From: Spirochaetaceae bacterium
Lineage (GTDB): Bacteria > Spirochaetota > Spirochaetia > DSM-27196 > PWMO01
Assembly: GCA_007693485.1 (NCBI GenBank)
Contig: REDM01000165.1
Span: 39,204-103,203, forward strand
Length of the DNA stretch: 64,000 nucleotides
Direction of reading: 5' to 3'
The notes under the pieces are model-generated. The model ran no database searches. It had not been told where the DNA came from and saw only the letters and a list, made by a program, of their open reading frames with translations. Below are positions 36,372-45,486 of the stretch, one piece after another (position 1 is the first letter of the stretch; each line of letters begins with the position of its first letter). Both the position numbers and the translations under genes were made by a program.

Positions 36372-38414
36372 ATGGATCGAATACTGATTGTCGAGGACGA
36401 ACGCATCATCGCAATCGACCTCCAGCGCCGCCTCGAGAAGTTTGGGTACCAGGTTGCCGGGGTTGCCTCCACCGCCGAACGTGCAATCGAGCTTTCGGCT
36501 GAGCTGAATCCCGACATCATCCTCATGGATATCATGCTTTCGGGTGAGACGGATGGAATTGACGCGGCACTGGCCATCCGCGAACGCGCCCGGATCCCCG
36601 TGATCTTCCTCACCGCATATGCCGACGAGCGCACTCTGGAGCGCGCGAAAGCGGCCGAACCGTACGGATACGTGCTCAAGCCGTTCAAGGAGCGCGAGCT
36701 CTACACCACCATCGACATGGCGCTGCATAAGAGCCGCCTTCACCGTGCGGTCAAGCAGCACGAGCGGCAACTGGCCGCCATTCTCAACAGCGTGGCCGAC
36801 GGCATCATTGCCACCGACGAAAACGACTCGATCCAGTTCCTGAATCCTGTCGCCGAAGCGCTCACCGGCTGGACCGACGAGCAGGCCCACGGAATGCCAA
36901 TCGCGGAAGTGTTTGCGCTCTCCGACTCCACCAGTGGGTTACGGGTACAGCTTCCCTCAGCCCACGGTGGGTCACGCAGCGAAAACCTCTACTTCGAAGA
37001 CGTGAACATCAAAAACAAGCAGGGTGCGCGCATCCAGATTGAAGGCACCGTCTCCGCCATTCACGACTCATCCGAGAGCGGCGAGGGACGAACCATCGCG
37101 TTTCGAGACGTCACCGACGCCAAGAAGATGTCCGACATCATCGTCTACCAGGCAAGTCATGACATCCTCACCGGGTTGATCAACCGTGATGAGTTTTTCG
37201 CCCGACTCGAAGGAGCCGCGCGCGCCGGCGAAGGGGTCTTCCTCTACATCGACCTCGATCAGTTCAAGGTCATTAACGACGTCTGCGGCCACATTGCCGG
37301 TGATGAACTCCTGCGGCAGATCGGCGCGGTGATCCTTGAGAGTGTCGAGCAGCACCACATTGTAGGCCGTCTCGGCGGCGACGAGTTTGGCCTCATCTTC
37401 AGCGACCTTCCGGCGCAGCAGGGTGTAGAACGCGCGGTCGCGCTGCTGGCCAAACTCAACCGGAAGTTCATCTGGCACCAGAACAGCTTCACCATCACCG
37501 CGAGCATGGGGCTGGTGCCGATTCCTCCCGGCGGAGGAGACGTCTACGAACTGCTTGCCGCCGCCGACGACGCCTGCTACGTCGCGAAGGAAGAGGGCGG
37601 GAATACCGTCAAGGTGTACGAGACAACGGATTACACCTTCCTCAAGCGCCGCGGCGAAATGCAGTGGATCAGCCGGCTTACCCACGCGCTCGAGCAGGAC
37701 CGCTTTGTACTCTTTGCCCAACCGATTGTTGCCATCGATCCCGCCAATCCGGATAAAACCGAGATCCTGATCCGCCTTCGCGAGGAAGACGGAAGCCTCG
37801 TCAGCCCGGGCGACTTCATCCCCGCCGCAGAGCGTTACAACCTCATGCCGGTGATCGATCGATGGGTGCTCAACGCGGTAATCGGGAAGATCCGCTGCGG
37901 CACCCTCCGCCCGGAACCGGGGGGGACGATCTGCATCAACATATCCGGTGCATCGATCAAGGATGAGGCGTTTCTCGACTACGTGGTCTCGGCCTTCCAT
38001 GAATCGGAGCTCGATCCCGGACTCTTCTGCTTTGAAGTAACCGAGACAACCGCCATCGAAAGTCTCTCCCGGGCGGTAGGCTTCATGAACCGGCTTCGGC
38101 AGCTTGGTGTATCGTTTGCCCTTGATGACTTTGGCAACGGGTTCACCTCGTTTGCCTACCTCAAGAATCTTCCGGTCGATTACCTCAAGATCGATGGCTC
38201 CTTCGTTCGCGATGTAGACACCGATCCGATCAGCCTGGCCATGGTGGAGGCCATTCACCGTATTGGCCACGTCATGGGGATGAAAACCATCGCAGAGTTT
38301 GTCACCTCGGCCTCCGTCAAACAGAAGCTTGCCAACATCGGTGTGGACTACGTACAGGGTTACGAAATCGCCCGTCCCGCTCCCCTGGTTGAAATCGAGG
38401 TGGGCGCGCGATAG
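36372..38414 (+). CDS. Response regulator with REC - PAS - GGDEF - EAL architecture (c-di-GMP turnover)
   Basis: REC (ILIVEDE...DIILMDIML...KPF), PAS (LNSVADGIIATD), intact GGDEF (RLGGDEFGLIF), and an EAL domain with an EIL variant plus DDFGNGFTSF...KIDGSF. ATG 36372 preferred over TTG 36345. Confidence 0.85.
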   Translation: MDRILIVEDERIIAIDLQRRLEKFGYQVAGVASTAERAIELSAELNPDIILMDIMLSGETDGIDAALAIRERARIPVIFLTAYADERTLERAKAAEPYGYVLKPFKERELYTTIDMALHKSRLHRAVKQHERQLAAILNSVADGIIATDENDSIQFLNPVAEALTGWTDEQAHGMPIAEVFALSDSTSGLRVQLPSAHGGSRSENLYFEDVNIKNKQGARIQIEGTVSAIHDSSESGEGRTIAFRDVTDAKKMSDIIVYQASHDILTGLINRDEFFARLEGAARAGEGVFLYIDLDQFKVINDVCGHIAGDELLRQIGAVILESVEQHHIVGRLGGDEFGLIFSDLPAQQGVERAVALLAKLNRKFIWHQNSFTITASMGLVPIPPGGGDVYELLAAADDACYVAKEEGGNTVKVYETTDYTFLKRRGEMQWISRLTHALEQDRFVLFAQPIVAIDPANPDKTEILIRLREEDGSLVSPGDFIPAAERYNLMPVIDRWVLNAVIGKIRCGTLRPEPGGTICINISGASIKDEAFLDYVVSAFHESELDPGLFCFEVTETTAIESLSRAVGFMNRLRQLGVSFALDDFGNGFTSFAYLKNLPVDYLKIDGSFVRDVDTDPISLAMVEAIHRIGHVMGMKTIAEFVTSASVKQKLANIGVDYVQGYEIARPAPLVEIEVGAR

Positions 38415-38429
38415 TATCGGCACCACGGA

Positions 38430-39188
38430 GTGTCCCGAATGTATCGTGCCCTCTTTGTTTCTCTCCTGGTCCTCTGCGCCCCGCTTACCGTCGCGCCGCT
38501 GACCGCCGACCCGCTCTGGGCGGCGGCCGTCTCGCACTTCGCGCGAAGCCGCGACATCTACGCCTCGCGCATGCAGACCGAGTCTGCGGAGTTTGACGGA
38601 CGCGGAGTGCGTCGATCGCACCGCGAGATCGAGGTCGCCGTTTCCGTAACAAATACCGGTGAGTTTTCGTCGCGCCTGCTGCGAGCGCGCGAAAACGGTC
38701 GCGACATCGCCCCGGGTTCCGTGACCACCGGCAACCCCCTGTTTGGCGCCGATGCGCAGGATGCCGGCGACGAGGGCCGCGCCGCGTCGATGGCCGCGGT
38801 GGAACAGAGCCCCTTCGACCCCCTCCTTCAGAGCACCGTATCGTATACCCGCGTTGGGAGCGCGCGCACGCCCGGCGGCTTGCCGGCCGTTGAGTACCGG
38901 TACACCCAGACCGGCGCGGCACATACCATTTCCGGTACCGCGTGGCTCAATCCACAGACCGGGCATCCAATCGCCCTGCGGGCGTCGGTTACTCCTCTTC
39001 CGCGCTTTGTACGCGAAATGATCGTGGAACAGGACTTTGGCGTCAATGAAAACGGCTGGTTCACCACCGAAGTGCGGGTGCGCGCGGACGGCGGATTTCT
39101 TTTTGTCCGGCGCAGTGTTCACGTAGATCTGCGGTTCATGGACCACCTTCGTTCGCCGGTACCCCTGAAGCGGAGCATTCCTTCGTGA
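38430..39188 (+). CDS. Hypothetical secreted protein
   Basis: GTG start and a hydrophobic signal-like N-terminus (ALFVSLLVLCAPLTVAPLTA). GTGA overlap with aroK. No family recognised. Confidence 0.55.
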   Translation: MSRMYRALFVSLLVLCAPLTVAPLTADPLWAAAVSHFARSRDIYASRMQTESAEFDGRGVRRSHREIEVAVSVTNTGEFSSRLLRARENGRDIAPGSVTTGNPLFGADAQDAGDEGRAASMAAVEQSPFDPLLQSTVSYTRVGSARTPGGLPAVEYRYTQTGAAHTISGTAWLNPQTGHPIALRASVTPLPRFVREMIVEQDFGVNENGWFTTEVRVRADGGFLFVRRSVHVDLRFMDHLRSPVPLKRSIPS

Positions 39189-39733
39189 GCCTGCCATCAC
39201 GCATCTACCTCATGGGCGTCAAGCATTCGGGAAAGAGCACCCTCGGGGAACTGCTCGCGGAGCGGCTCGACCGCGCCTTCCTGGACCTCGACACCACCAT
39301 CATGGATCTTTACGCACGCGATTCGTTTGGCCCGCCGGCGTCCGTGAGAGAAATCTACGAACAGCTTGGCCCGGCGGGATTCCAGGAACTGGAGGCAGAA
39401 GCGGCCGCGGTGATTGCCCACCCCGCCACGCTTCGCACCCCGGATGTGGTTGCCCTCGGCGGCGGCACAATCGACAACAAACCGGCGATGCAACGCTTGG
39501 CCGATACCGGAATTTTTCTGTATCTTCTGCAGAACGAAGAGGTTCTCTTCCGCCGGATTGTCCGAAGAGGTATCCCGCCCTTTCTGCAGGGTGACGACCC
39601 ACGAGCCGCCTTCGCGGAGCTGTTTCGCCGGCGCGATGCGGCGTACCGGGCACGGGCGGACCAGATCGTCGATATTCAAACCCTGGACCCGACAGCGAGC
39701 GTGGAACTGCTGGTCCAGACTATACAGGGGTAA
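39185..39733 (+). CDS. aroK: Shikimate kinase
   Basis: P-loop GVKHSGKST and small kinase size, immediately upstream of aroC. Confidence 0.8.
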   Translation: MSLPSRIYLMGVKHSGKSTLGELLAERLDRAFLDLDTTIMDLYARDSFGPPASVREIYEQLGPAGFQELEAEAAAVIAHPATLRTPDVVALGGGTIDNKPAMQRLADTGIFLYLLQNEEVLFRRIVRRGIPPFLQGDDPRAAFAELFRRRDAAYRARADQIVDIQTLDPTASVELLVQTIQG

Positions 39734-39737
39734 CTAC

Positions 39738-40793
39738 ATGTCAGGCAGCACCTTCGGGCACGCGTTTCGTATCACCACCTTCGGAGAGTCGCACGGCGGC
39801 GCCGTGGGTGTTATCGTCGACGGCGTAACCCCAGGCCTTGAAATCTCCACCGAAGAGGTTCAGGTTCAACTCGACCGCCGAAAGCCGGGGCAGTCCTTCA
39901 TCACAACGCCTCGGAATGAGCCGGATAAGGTTCACATTGTCTCGGGGTACTTTGAAGGAAAGGCAACCGGCACTCCCATGATGATGATCCTCTACAACTC
40001 GGATGCCGATCCTTCGGCCTACGACACCATCAAGGAGCTCTTCCGCCCCGGACACGCGGACTACACCTACCTGAAGAAGTATGGAATTCGCGACTGGCGA
40101 GGCAGCGGACGCGCCTCGGGGCGCGAGACGTCGGGGCGCGTTGCGGCAGGTGCCGTGGCGCGCAAACTGCTTGCTCGGCGCGGCGTTTCGGTCCTGGCCT
40201 ACACAGTCAAGGCGGGCGGAATCTCGTGTGAGACCTTTGATCCCGAGGTGATCGAGCACAACCTGCTGCGGGCCTGTGATACTCAGGCCGCTGAACGCAT
40301 GATGGAGCACATCGCGCTTCGCAAGGACGAGCTCGACAGCGTCGGGGGCATTGTGGAGTGTCGCATTTCCGGCGTCGCGGCCGGTCTTGGCGAGCCGGTG
40401 TTCGACAAACTCGACGCGGAGCTGGCCCACGCCATGCTCTCTATTGGCGCGGTCAAGGGCATCGAGTTTGGCGCGGGATTCCGCGTGGCGGATATGACCG
40501 GAAGCGAGCACAACGACCAGATGTCGGCCGACGGCTTTCTGACCAACAACGCGGGAGGCATCATTGGCGGCATTTCAACCGGTGCCGATATTGTGTTTCG
40601 GGTTCCGGTAAAACCGGTCTCTTCGATCGCGCGCGCTCAGCGCACGGTTAACGTTGCAGGAGAGGAACAGGAGATCCGGACGGAAGGCAGACACGACGTC
40701 TGCATCTGTCCGCGGATTGTCCCTGTGGTAGAGGCGATGGCCTGCCTCGTGATCGAGGATCACTACAAACGGCAGGCTTCGCTCCACGCGTAA
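39738..40793 (+). CDS. aroC: Chorismate synthase
   Basis: GHAFRITTFGESHGG, GRSSARET-type block (GSGRASGRETSGRV), RHDVCICPR. Start at MSGSTFG; the upstream part of ORF 39414 overlaps aroK. Confidence 0.92.
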   Translation: MSGSTFGHAFRITTFGESHGGAVGVIVDGVTPGLEISTEEVQVQLDRRKPGQSFITTPRNEPDKVHIVSGYFEGKATGTPMMMILYNSDADPSAYDTIKELFRPGHADYTYLKKYGIRDWRGSGRASGRETSGRVAAGAVARKLLARRGVSVLAYTVKAGGISCETFDPEVIEHNLLRACDTQAAERMMEHIALRKDELDSVGGIVECRISGVAAGLGEPVFDKLDAELAHAMLSIGAVKGIEFGAGFRVADMTGSEHNDQMSADGFLTNNAGGIIGGISTGADIVFRVPVKPVSSIARAQRTVNVAGEEQEIRTEGRHDVCICPRIVPVVEAMACLVIEDHYKRQASLHA

Positions 40794-40842
40794 CGGCTCC
40801 GCGACCACCGCGTGATCCCGGAGCATTGGTGTCATGCGGCGC

Positions 40843-41004
40843 TCAGTCTTCGGGAGAGAAATCCTCTTTTCCGGCACCGCACATCGGGCAGACCCAGTCT
40901 TCCGGAAGCGCTTCAAAGGTGGTTCCGGCATCTACTCCGTTGTCGGGGTCTCCCTCCGCCGGATCGTAAATGTACCCACATACATCACAAACGTACTTTT
41001 GCAT
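40843..41004 (-). CDS. Rubredoxin
   Basis: 53 aa, [15 protein letters not shown]...[13 protein letters not shown] (CxxCG...CPxCG). GGAAGGAG SD. Confidence 0.9.
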   Translation of the reverse strand: MQKYVCDVCGYIYDPAEGDPDNGVDAGTTFEALPEDWVCPMCGAGKEDFSPED

Positions 41005-41166
41005 CGCTGACTCCTTCCCGGTGTTTCTGCACCGGTTCTTACGACAGGTTGTGTTGTTCCTATCAACTCTTCGAGTGTTCCTTGGTTGGTACCACATTCG
41101 CGGCGGTTTTGCAACGTTTTTCCTGTTCCCCCTCGCAGAAAGAATCTGCTATATTCTGGCCAGCGC

Positions 41167-41658
41167 ATGAAACGTCTACTGCACTACATAAAGATGATGA
41201 TCGTGTTCGCGGTTGTCTGGGTGATCCTGGAAGAGCGAATCGACGGAACCACCGTATTGATGGGGGCCCTGATCGGACTGGGAACCATGCTGGTCACCGA
41301 CCGGTACGTCCTGCGGGGTGACTACCAGGAAACCTACCGGCTTGGATTCTGGACGGCGTTGCGGTACGTGGCGTCGCTCATCGTACAGATCTACGTGGCC
41401 GGCGTTCAGGCGGTCTACCGCGTGCTCACGCGGAAACTCAACGTCGGAATTGTTGACGTCAAGACCAGCCTCACGAGCGACTTCCACATATCCCTTCTGG
41501 CCAACTCAATCACCCTGACCCCCGGCACCGTAACCCTCGACCGCAAGGGTGATACCCTCAAGGTCATCTGGATCGACTGTACGACCACCGACCCGGATGA
41601 AGCCGGCCCCCAGATCAAACTCAATTTCGAATCACTCATCAGCGGAGGACGATCGTGA
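41167..41658 (+). CDS. Mrp/Mnh-type cation:proton antiporter subunit E (MbhA-like)
   Basis: Two N-terminal TM helices and an MnhE-like pattern (...ITLTPGTVTLD...). First gene of the module. Confidence 0.7.
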   Translation: MKRLLHYIKMMIVFAVVWVILEERIDGTTVLMGALIGLGTMLVTDRYVLRGDYQETYRLGFWTALRYVASLIVQIYVAGVQAVYRVLTRKLNVGIVDVKTSLTSDFHISLLANSITLTPGTVTLDRKGDTLKVIWIDCTTTDPDEAGPQIKLNFESLISGGRS

Positions 41659-41912
41659 ACTTTTACGCTGTGGTCCTTGCCGTTCTGGCGTTGTTGACCA
41701 TCGGCGGAATCACCCGGGTGATCATCGGCCCCACCATCTGGGACCGCCTTCTTGGGCTCAATCTCGTATCGTCCAAAATCATCATGGCGATCATCGTCTT
41801 TGCCCTGATCATTCAGCGCTCCTTTCTGCTGGACATCGCAATTGTCTACTCGCTGCTTGGTTACATCGGAAGCGTTCTGATCGCCCGTTTCATCGAGAGG
41901 AAGGAAGAATGA
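41655..41912 (+). CDS. Mrp/Mnh antiporter subunit F (MbhB-like)
   Basis: 85 aa, 3 TM, IGPTIWDRLLGLN block. GTGA overlap. Confidence 0.7.
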   Translation: MNFYAVVLAVLALLTIGGITRVIIGPTIWDRLLGLNLVSSKIIMAIIVFALIIQRSFLLDIAIVYSLLGYIGSVLIARFIERKEE

Positions 41913-42229
41913 TCAACGTGATTGCGGGACAGATTCTGATGGGGATCAGCCTGGTCTTCATGGCCATCGGCATCTACAGCGTGCTGACGTTCCACGATTT
42001 CTACTCCCGCGTGGTGATCACGGCCAAGGTGGACACCGTCGGGTTTATCACACTTATTTTCGGCGCAATGCTGATCCAGGGGTTCAGCTTCTTCTCCCTG
42101 AAGCTGCTGCTGATTCTGGTGTTTGAGCTGCTTACCAGCCCCATCTCCACACACTCCATCGCTCACTCCGCATACACAAGCGGTTACACAATCCGCAAAG
42201 AGGTGCGGGCCGAAGGGAGCGGCGAATGA
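41909..42229 (+). CDS. Mrp/Mnh antiporter subunit G (MbhC-like)
   Basis: About 106 aa, 3 TM, FHDFYSRVVITAKVDTVG resembles the MnhG RLH/K..T motif region. ATGA overlap. Confidence 0.7.
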   Translation: MINVIAGQILMGISLVFMAIGIYSVLTFHDFYSRVVITAKVDTVGFITLIFGAMLIQGFSFFSLKLLLILVFELLTSPISTHSIAHSAYTSGYTIRKEVRAEGSGE

Positions 42230-42792
42230 CCGAGGCAATCCTGCTTCTGCTGCTGGTGCTTCTGGCCATCATTGCCGTTGAGACCCAGATCCTGCGTATG
42301 GCGGTCATTTTCCTGGGAATCTTTTCGCTGCTGCTCTCGTTTCTCTACCTCTACTACGGAGCGCCGGATGTGGCCATTGCCGAGGCGGTCATGGCGAGCG
42401 GGCTGGTAACCCTGCTCTACCTCACCGCGCTGAAGCGCCACCGCGTCTACACCATCTGCTTCACCAACGAGATGTTCCGCGAGGTGGACGATCGCTACAT
42501 CATCGAGGGAACGCGTCGCGGTCAACTTTTGCGCGAGATCGAACAGTTCTGCATCTCCAAGGAACTGGAACCGCAGATCATCTGCACCCCGGAGGACCTC
42601 TCGTTATTGCTGGAGAAACGCTCCTACGACCTCATCATCCGTCAGGAAGGAGATCAACTGACGGTCTACGGAAACCAGGACAACTACTTTGTGGATGAGC
42701 TTGAGATGCTGATCATCATGCGATACCAGGATCTGAACTGCAAGTTCATCCGTTACGATGAGGAACTCACCCTGCACGAGGAAGCGTCGTGA
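42226..42792 (+). CDS. MbhD/DUF4040-like membrane subunit fused to a soluble C-terminal domain of about 110 aa
   Basis: N-terminal 75 aa with GAPDVAIAEAVMASGL (MbhD/MrpA-C-terminal-like), followed by a hydrophilic region with no TM segment. Confidence 0.6.
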   Translation: MTEAILLLLLVLLAIIAVETQILRMAVIFLGIFSLLLSFLYLYYGAPDVAIAEAVMASGLVTLLYLTALKRHRVYTICFTNEMFREVDDRYIIEGTRRGQLLREIEQFCISKELEPQIICTPEDLSLLLEKRSYDLIIRQEGDQLTVYGNQDNYFVDELEMLIIMRYQDLNCKFIRYDEELTLHEEAS

Positions 42793-42832
42793 ACCACAAC
42801 GAGAGAAGCGTCGCGGGAGGCGGGAACACCCC

Positions 42833-43093
42833 ATGAAACAGATTGCTGTGGTAGTCTTTGTGGTGCTGCTTATGGGCTTTGTGCTCTACCTCGCCAACGG
42901 CGAGCGTGAGATGCTGCCCAACGAGGTTTCGCGCTATTACATCGAACACTTCACCGAAGATACGGGCGCGGGAAACGCAGTTGCCGCGATCTACCTCAAC
43001 TACCGGATGTACGACACCATCTTTGAGGCGCTGATCCTGATAACCAGCGTCATCGGCATGATGCACTTCTTCACCATCGGAGGCAACAAATGA
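42833..43093 (+). CDS. MbhE-like small membrane subunit
   Basis: TM helix, then GAGNAVAAIYLNYRMYDTIFEALIL block typical of MnhB-associated subunits. Confidence 0.6.
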   Translation: MKQIAVVVFVVLLMGFVLYLANGEREMLPNEVSRYYIEHFTEDTGAGNAVAAIYLNYRMYDTIFEALILITSVIGMMHFFTIGGNK

Positions 43094-43488
43094 TCGAGCC
43101 GGTGAGCAAAGATACATCCATTGTCGCAGTAATCACCGGGGTACTCTATCCTTTTATCATCGTCTTTGGGCTCTACGTCATTCTGAACGGGCACAACACA
43201 CCGGGCGGCGGCTTTCAGGGAGGCGCGATTCTCGCGGTGCTGTTCATCGGGCGCTATCTGGTCTTCCATACCGACGACTTCAGCATTCACCGCGCCCATC
43301 TGGTGGAGAAGGCGCTTCTGGTGGTGCTGATTCTGGTGCCGGTGCTCTTTATCTTTGGATCGCTGAGCCGCCGCTACCCGCAATGGAACGAAGCGTATCT
43401 GATCTTCATGAACCTGCTGATCGGATTCAAGGTTGCGTTGGGATTGACCATCGTGGTATTTCGCTACGCGTTCTTTGAGGACCGATAG
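43090..43488 (+). CDS. Mrp/Mnh antiporter subunit B (MbhF-like)
   Basis: NGHNTPGGGFQGGAILA signature. ATGA overlap. Confidence 0.75.
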   Translation: MIEPVSKDTSIVAVITGVLYPFIIVFGLYVILNGHNTPGGGFQGGAILAVLFIGRYLVFHTDDFSIHRAHLVEKALLVVLILVPVLFIFGSLSRRYPQWNEAYLIFMNLLIGFKVALGLTIVVFRYAFFEDR

Positions 43489-43489
43489 C

Positions 43490-43837
43490 GTGCAGTTTGT
43501 CACCGCGCAGAACATCAGTCTGGTACTCTTCTTCATCGGCCTCTACGGGGTACTGACCAAACGAAACATCATCAAAACCATCGTCTCGGTGAACATCATG
43601 GATTTTGGGGCGATTCTGTTTCTCATCACGGTCAATTACACACCGGGCAGTATACCGCCGATTGGTGACACCGATCTTTCCCGGATGGCCGATCCCCTGC
43701 CCCAGGCGCTGATGATCACCGCCATCGTCATCGGACTGTCGGTAACGGCGGTCAGCCTCACCATCTTCATCAGCCTGTTCCGCAAGCACGGCACCGCCGA
43801 CTGGGAACACGTGATCCGCAGGGTACCCAAACGATGA
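43490..43837 (+). CDS. Mrp/Mnh antiporter subunit C (NuoK-like, MbhG-like)
   Basis: LFFIGLYGVLTKRNIIKTIVSVNIM...PLPQALMITAIVIG. GTG 43490 with a GAGGA SD 8 nt upstream preferred over TTG 43475. Confidence 0.8.
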   Translation: MQFVTAQNISLVLFFIGLYGVLTKRNIIKTIVSVNIMDFGAILFLITVNYTPGSIPPIGDTDLSRMADPLPQALMITAIVIGLSVTAVSLTIFISLFRKHGTADWEHVIRRVPKR

Positions 43838-45486
43838 TTCCACTCTACGTCCTGGTACTGCTTCCAATCTTCGTCGCAACGCTGGGCTATTTCCTCCCGC
43901 GCTCGGTCTACAAGCACTTGCTCATCGCTGCGCAGCTTGTTCACACGACGCTGGCGGTTCTGACCCTGGCCCACGTCCGCGATGCGGGGCGCGTGGTGCA
44001 GTACCTGGGCGACTGGGGCGAGAACATCGGCATCGGCCTGGTGGCCGACTCGCTCTCCATGCCGCTCGTACTGCTGACCTCGGCGGTATTCCTGCTGCTC
44101 TTTCTGTTCAACTACGGAAAGCGCTACATGAACAACACCTTCCAGTTTCTGTTCATCATGCTGCAGGGGGTTACCGTCGGGCTCTTTCTCGCCGGCGACA
44201 TCTTTCACGTCTACGTGCTGATCGAGCTCAGCATGCTCACAATTGCCACCCTGATCATGTATAAACGCGACAAGCAGGCGCTCTACGACGGTCTGCTCTA
44301 CGTGGTGATCAATCTCTTTGGCATGACGTTCTTTCTGCTGGGCGTGGGCTTCCTCTACAAGAGCCTCGGCACGCTGGATCTGACCGCCATGGCCGCCCGG
44401 GTGGCGATGATCGAGAACCCCCGCTCCCTCGCCCTGCCCTTTGCCGCCATCGTCTCAGCGGTCTGTCTGAAGGCGGCAATTCTTCCGTTGTTCAGCTGGC
44501 TTCCGAGCGCTCACGGCGCGCTGAGCGCCCCCTCCGCCGTATCGGCGGTACTGTCGGGGCTGCAGGTCAAGGTGGGGCTCTACTTTCTGGTCCGGCTGCA
44601 GAGCGTATTCTTGCCCGCCTTCGACACAACGATCTTTTTCTTCTTCCTGGGGCTGGTCACGGCGGTGGTGGGGTTCTCGATCGCGCTGGTGCACCGCGAC
44701 GTCAAGCTCATTCTTGCCTTCAGCACCGTCTCCCAGGTTGGGCTGATTCTCATGGGATTGAACAGCGGAACCGATGACGCCTACTGGGGTAGTGTCTTTC
44801 ACATCATGAATCACGCCATCTTCAAGGCGCTGCTCTTCATCACCGCCGGTGCCATTACCCACGCTGCGGGCACCCGCGATATCACCCGCATTCGAAACAT
44901 CGCCCCCAAGGCACCAATCTTCGCCCTGGCCTCGCTTTTTGGTGTTCTGGGCATCACCGGAGGCCCCTTCTTCAACGGAAGTGTTTCCAAGTATCTGATT
45001 CAGGCGGGTCTCGCGGGCCAGCCGTGGGAACCGCTGATGTACCTGGTGAACCTGGGCACCACGATGGTCTTTGTGAAGTACTTACAGATGTTCCTGCCTC
45101 AGCGCGCCACCGCCGGTGAGGCACACGAAGAGCCCGCCGAAATCGCCACCCACCACGATCTGCCCCGAATCCCCGGACGGGTGTTCGCCATGAATTCGGT
45201 TGCCCTGCTGATGGGAGCGCTCTGCCTGGCCGGAGGAGTGTTTGCCGGCCCGATCATGGAGCTGCTCTTTGGCCACACCCTGCCGATTTCGGGGGCTTTC
45301 TACCTGGACAAGTTTCTGATCTTTGGGGGAACCCTGGTGGTTGCGGTCGCACTCTACTACGGGGTGGTGCACCGCCTCGAGGTTCTCTCCGCCGTGCGCG
45401 AGTTCCGTTTCACCTTCAACGGGGTGGCAACGCTCTTTACCCTCTTCTTTGCGGTGGTGCTCACCTATACCTTCCTGATCGGATAA
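43834..45486 (+). CDS. Mrp/Mnh antiporter subunit D (NuoM/N-like, MbhH-like)
   Basis: 550 aa, about 14 TM, with proton-antiporter blocks (KAAILPLFSWLPSAHG, HIMNHAIFKALLF). ATGA overlap. Confidence 0.85.
   Translation: MIPLYVLVLLPIFVATLGYFLPRSVYKHLLIAAQLVHTTLAVLTLAHVRDAGRVVQYLGDWGENIGIGLVADSLSMPLVLLTSAVFLLLFLFNYGKRYMNNTFQFLFIMLQGVTVGLFLAGDIFHVYVLIELSMLTIATLIMYKRDKQALYDGLLYVVINLFGMTFFLLGVGFLYKSLGTLDLTAMAARVAMIENPRSLALPFAAIVSAVCLKAAILPLFSWLPSAHGALSAPSAVSAVLSGLQVKVGLYFLVRLQSVFLPAFDTTIFFFFLGLVTAVVGFSIALVHRDVKLILAFSTVSQVGLILMGLNSGTDDAYWGSVFHIMNHAIFKALLFITAGAITHAAGTRDITRIRNIAPKAPIFALASLFGVLGITGGPFFNGSVSKYLIQAGLAGQPWEPLMYLVNLGTTMVFVKYLQMFLPQRATAGEAHEEPAEIATHHDLPRIPGRVFAMNSVALLMGALCLAGGVFAGPIMELLFGHTLPISGAFYLDKFLIFGGTLVVAVALYYGVVHRLEVLSAVREFRFTFNGVATLFTLFFAVVLTYTFLIG

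Noticed and set aside
37761-37769. EAL signature reads EIL in the GGDEF-EAL protein
   Set aside because: The catalytic Glu and downstream metal-binding blocks (DDFGNG, KIDGSF) are present. E-x-L variants are commonly active, so this is not evidence of a degenerate domain.
37068-39200. 710-aa ORF on the minus strand
   Set aside because: Antisense to the REC-PAS-GGDEF-EAL gene and the following secreted-protein gene. Shadow ORF of a GC-rich region with no recognisable motif.
39414-39737. 5' extension of the aroC ORF
   Set aside because: It overlaps aroK in another frame. The canonical chorismate synthase N-terminus begins at ATG 39738.
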